From positions 37,534,288-37,598,287 of the forward strand of contig NC_057726.1 of assembly GCF_004010195.1 (NCBI RefSeq): DNA of 64,000 bases, in the 5' to 3' direction. Positions 59,845 through 64,000 of this stretch are shown in pieces. The notes beneath the pieces were generated by a model that was not told the origin of the DNA, did not search any database, and saw only the letters and a program-made list of their open reading frames with translations. The position numbers and the translations under genes are program-made. Numbering within the stretch: the stretch's first letter is position 1; the number at the start of each line of letters is the position of its first letter. This stretch comes from Chiloscyllium plagiosum. Lineage: Eukaryota.

Positions 59845-61145
59845 GATGGCTGGAAGAACACAGCAAGCCAGGCAGCATCAAGAGGTGGAGAAGTCAACGT
59901 CTCAGGTATAACCCTCCTTCAGGACTGGAGATGGGGTAAGGGGAGCTGCAGTTAAAGAGAGATGGGGGATTGGGGAAGGTTTTGGATGAGAGGGGCAGAA
60001 TGTGAGGTAGTGATAGGTGAACACAGGTGGTGGGAAAGATTTGGTTGGTCAATGGAAGGAATGAATGAATCCAGTTGGTCGCTGGAAGAAAGGGTCGGTG
60101 GGTGGAATGGAAGGGAGTCGGGGGCTGGAAATGGAATCGAGAGATGGGTGGGAAGTTTAGTTGAAATTAGAGAACTCAGTTTTGAGTCCTCTGGGCTGTA
60201 GACTGCCCAAGCAGAAGATAAGGTGTTGTTCCTCAAATTTGCGTTCTGATTGATTGTGGTGATGGAAGAACCCAAGGATGGGCATGTCGGAGAGAGAATA
60301 GGAAGGGGAATTGAAATGGGTGGTGACCGGGTGGTCAGGCTTGCCCTTATGGGCCTGAAACATTCCCTACATTTTCTTTTGGTCTTACCAATGTCAGAAA
60401 AGATCAAATCGTGAGCGCCGGATGCAATAAAGGTTGGAGGAGAGACAGGTGAACCTCTGTTTCTCATGGAAGGACTGTTTGGGGTCCTGGATGGATGTGA
60501 GAGGGGAGGTGTGCTGGCAGGGTTTGCATCTTTTACAAGTGCAGGGGAAGGTTGGAAGGGGGGACTTGGGTTGGAGGGGTAGGGGGCGCGAACCACTCCC
60601 TCCCTGACATACATCTCAGCCGGGCCCGTGAGGGTAAGCCTGACCTCCCAGTTACCGCCCATTTCTATTCCCCTTCCCATTCCCTCTCTGACATGTCCAA
60701 CTTCAACCTCTCCCATTGCCTCAGTGAATCAGACCACAGTGGAGAAACAATACCTTATTTTCCATCTGGACTGCCTACAAACTGAAGGACTCAACACTGA
60801 GTTCTCCAATTTCAAATAACCTTACCACCCATCCCCTGACTCCTTCTCCATTCACGCTCCCCCACCCTTCTACCTTCTGACCCTTCCTTCCAGCTACCAA
60901 TCGGATTCATTCCTTCATTGACCAACCAGGTTGTACCCGCCACCTGTGTTCACTTATCACTACCTCACCATTCAGCCCCTCTCATCACCCAAAACCGTCC
61001 CCCATCTCTCTTTATCTGCAGTTGCCCCTACTCCCACCTCCATTCCTAAAGAAGAGTTATATCCAAAACATTGATTTTTCCACCTCCTGGTGCTGCCTGG
61101 CTTGCTGTGTTCTTTCAGCCTCCTGCTTGTCTACTTTGGATTCCA
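59845..61145. mobile_element. Head-to-head inverted pair of PLE 3' halves (GIY-YIG C-terminus plus pLTR)
   Basis: Minus ORF 60157-60363 HPVTTHFNSPSYSLSDM...EEQHLIFCLGSLQPRGLKTEFSNF; plus ORFs 60552-60819 LPVTAHFYSPSHSLSDM / EKQYLIFHLDCLQTEGLNTEFSNFK; a pLTR at each outer end. Confidence 0.85.
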
Positions 61146-61779
61146 GTCCACTGCAAACCCCAACAAGTAACTCCAACTCCAGAGGACAGACAAATTTCAG
61201 GAAGACGGATTTCAGAATGCACATGGCATCATTGGTGAGTTTTATATTTAGCTCCATTATGACGATACATAAGAAGTAAAAGGGAATATATCGGAGGCAG
61301 TAGTGAATGGTAATCACAGTAAAGATTAATGTGCAGACTCAGAGATCTATATTCCAGAATGGAAGGCAAAGCAAGCCTCAGGGGAAGGGAAGAGCCACAC
61401 AGTGTGATTTGCTCCAGGGAGGGAGTCACCACATAGTATGATTTTTCCCTTGTCCCTGGCCCCTCCGGGGGATGGATCTATCCATTGACCTGGAATTTCG
61501 AATCTACCTTTCAAAACAGATTTCAGGGAGTTTTGAAAGAGATTAAAAAGCAAGACCTCAATCAGTAATCTTAGGATATTTCGACTCTGATTCTCCAGCA
61601 TCTGCAGTCCTCACTTTCTCCCAATCTCAAGAATATTTCAAGTGTCATGCGTTAGTGGGTTTAAGAATGTGAGGAATTAATGGACTGAAAGTTGATAAGT
61701 ACCCAACAACTGATATTCTAACCCAAGAGTGTCGAGGCAATGGCTGAAGTAATAACAAAGATGAAGAGCCATAACAAAT

Positions 61780-62245
61780 AACAGTACAACACAGAAATAG
61801 GCCTTTCAGCCACCACGATTATACCAATTCATTATGCCTTTCTGAAATGAAAACCTATTGCCACTACACAATCCATATCTTTCTATTTCCTGCCTATTCA
61901 TGTATCCGTCAAGATGCCTCTTAAACATTGCTGCAGTAATAGCCTCTATCACCTCCTCTGGCAATGCATTCAAGGAACTTACCACCCTCTGTGGAAACGA
62001 ACTTGTCTCACATCTCCTTTAAACTTACCCCCTTTTACCTTAAACCTCCGTTTCCTAGTAATTGACATTTCCAACCCTCAAAAACAACTCTGACTATCCA
62101 TTCTATCAGGTTGCCCCCTCATCCTTTGAAGTTCAAGTGAAAATAAGCCCAATCTCTCCTCATAATTAATACCCTCCAAACAAGGTAACATTGTGGTAAA
62201 CCGTTTCTGTACCCTTTCCAAAACCTCCATATCCTCCTGGTATCC
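61780..62245 (-). mobile_element. CR1-type LINE 3' fragment
   Basis: caccctctgtggaaacgaacttg, ggcaatgcattcaaggaacttaccacc, ttctgtaccctttccaaaacctccatatcc. Confidence 0.75.
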
Positions 62246-62351
62246 TCTTTTTCTTTTTGACTAAAATCTCAGTTTCTCTTGTCGCCCAAGGTTCCTGAAC
62301 CGTGCTATCATTATCTTTCATTTCACTGCAACATGCTGGTCCTGAATTCTA

Positions 62352-62530
62352 GGAGAAAGTGGGGACTGCAATTGCTGGAGATCAGACTCGAGAGTGTAAT
62401 GCTGGAAAAGCACAGCGGGTCAGGCAGCAGTCGAGGAGCAGGAGAATCGAAGTTCCAGGCATTAGCCGATTCTCCTGCTCCTCGGCTGCTGCCTGACTTG
62501 CTGTACTTTTCCAGCACTACACTCTCGACT
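62352..62530. mobile_element. PLE family A fold-back mini-element
   Basis: Arms tcgagagtgtaatgctggaaaagcacagcgggtcaggcagcagtcgaggagcaggagaatcg / cgattctcctgctcctcggctgctgcctgacttgctgtacttttccagcactacactctcga; perfect 16 bp TSD ctggtcctgaattcta (62336-62351 and 62531-62546). Confidence 0.9.
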
Positions 62531-62654
62531 CTGGTCCTGAATTCTATTCAACTGGCCTTTAAACGTTTCCCACGACAGATGTGGATTTATCTTCAAACAG
62601 CCGCCTCCAATCTACATTCTCAGTTCCTGCCTAGTTGTTGCATACTTGATGCAT

Positions 62655-64000
62655 AAAGTCTGGAATTATTCCTGCAGATTGAAATTGAACAAGTTTCATT
62701 CAAATACTTAAGAAGGTAGTGAGAAAGGAAAGAGGGAACTACAGATCTGTTAGCCTTACGTCAAAAGTACAGAAAATGCTAGTATATGTTGTAATGGATG
62801 TGATAACTAACCTCTTGAATAGTAATGGTCTGTCTGGGCATAGTCAGCATGGACTTGTGAATGGGAAACCATGTTTGATAAGTCTTTTGAGGATGCTATT
62901 AACAAAATTGATAAAGAGGAGTTGATGGATGTCTTTAGATACAGTCCACCACAGGAGTTTAGTGATAAAAATCCAAGCTTGCAAGATAGGCGGTAACGTA
63001 CTGGCATGGATTAAGGGTTGGGTTAACAGACCAAAAACAGAGAGAAAGAGTAAATATATCATTCTTGTTCTGTCAGGCTGTGGCTGGGAGGGGGGGTACC
63101 ACAACAATTAGTTCTTGGGCTCCCAGTATTCACAATATTTATCAAAGATTTGGGTGTTGGGACTAAATGCATTATTTCTAAATTTGTGGATGATGCAAAG
63201 ATAAGTGGGAATATGTGTTATGAGGAAGATAATAAAGTATCCTTGGGAGGATTTGAACAGCCTTCGCGATGGGTCAAGTATATGAGAGATGGAATGTAAT
63301 GTGGAAAAATGTGAACACATCCACTTTTGTAGAAGGAGCAGAGGTGCAGAGTGTTTCTCAGATGGAAAGAGATTGGAAAGTGTCACTGTACAAAGGGACC
63401 AATGTATCATTCTTGTTCTGTCAGGCTGTGTCAATAAGATACTGAAGCTAACATGCAGCATGCTATTAGAATATTAGTCTTTACTGTAAAAGGATCTGAG
63501 TACAAAAATAATGAACCCTTGCTTTCATTGTGTAAAAGCTTGTGGAGTGCTGCACTCAGCTTTTGTCTCTATACAACAGGAGTGAGTGCAACAAAGGTTC
63601 ACTGGGTTGGTTCCTTGGATGTCAGGAATGTCCTATGAAGAAAGATTAGACAAATTGGGCCTGTATTCTCAAAGGTTTCAATGAAGGAGTGGCAGATCTT
63701 ATTGATACCTAAACAGTACTCAACGAATAGACAGATTGAAGGCAGGTATGATGTTTCCCCTAAATGGGGAGCCTAGAACCAGGGAGCATGATTTAAAACT
63801 AAGGGGGGATAGCACCTAGGACTGAGATGAAAGGAATTTATTTTCCTCAGAGGGTTATGAATCTTTGGAATTCTGTATTCCTGAGAGTGGTGGAACATGT
63901 GTATGTTTAAGATAGAGGTTAGTACATTTTGGATTACCAGGAGTGTGCAAAGTTATGGGGATAGTTAGTTAAAAGGCATTAAAGTGTTCCATCAGCCAAA
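62655..64000 (+). mobile_element. CR1-type LINE RT domain to 3' end, degenerate
   Basis: GNYRSVSLTS, SQHGLVNGKPCL, SKFVDDAKI, MECNVEKCEHIHF and SYEERLDKLGLYS motifs with frameshifts. Confidence 0.9.

Noticed and set aside
59952-60716. 254 aa Pro/Ser-rich minus-strand ORF
   Set aside because: Off-frame read-through of the inverted PLE pair and its pyrimidine-rich 3' region; not a host gene.

Overview
Eukaryotic, AT-rich, non-coding window that reads as cartilaginous-fish (shark) DNA. The assignment rests on four HE1/V-SINE-type tRNA SINEs and abundant HER1/CR1-type LINE fragments; family names are recognised from memory, not by database search. I can support no intact host protein-coding gene, so this is a gene desert or a large intron. 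Every recognisable ORF is a decayed transposon fragment: CR1 and L2 LINEs, a Tx1/L1-like zf-RVT tail, a Rex/Babar tail, a split Gypsy pol, solo LTRs, Harbinger-like remnants, a Tigger-like MITE, and at least four Penelope-like element (PLE) families. Most notable signals: (1) many short PLE-derived insertions carry minimal type-I hammerhead ribozyme motifs with a palindromic stem III (best copies 19105-19144 and 42996-43035), often as fold-back mini-elements with 12-16 bp target-site duplications (TSDs); (2) a probable 5S rRNA + tRNA composite SINE split by a PLE fragment (32950-33315); (3) repeated local templated duplications, inverted and direct, of 26-340 bp, several at retroelement junctions; (4) a few repeat-free, motif-rich islands that may be conserved enhancers. 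A 500-N scaffold gap at 27474-27973 is flanked by a duplicated 139 bp overlap.
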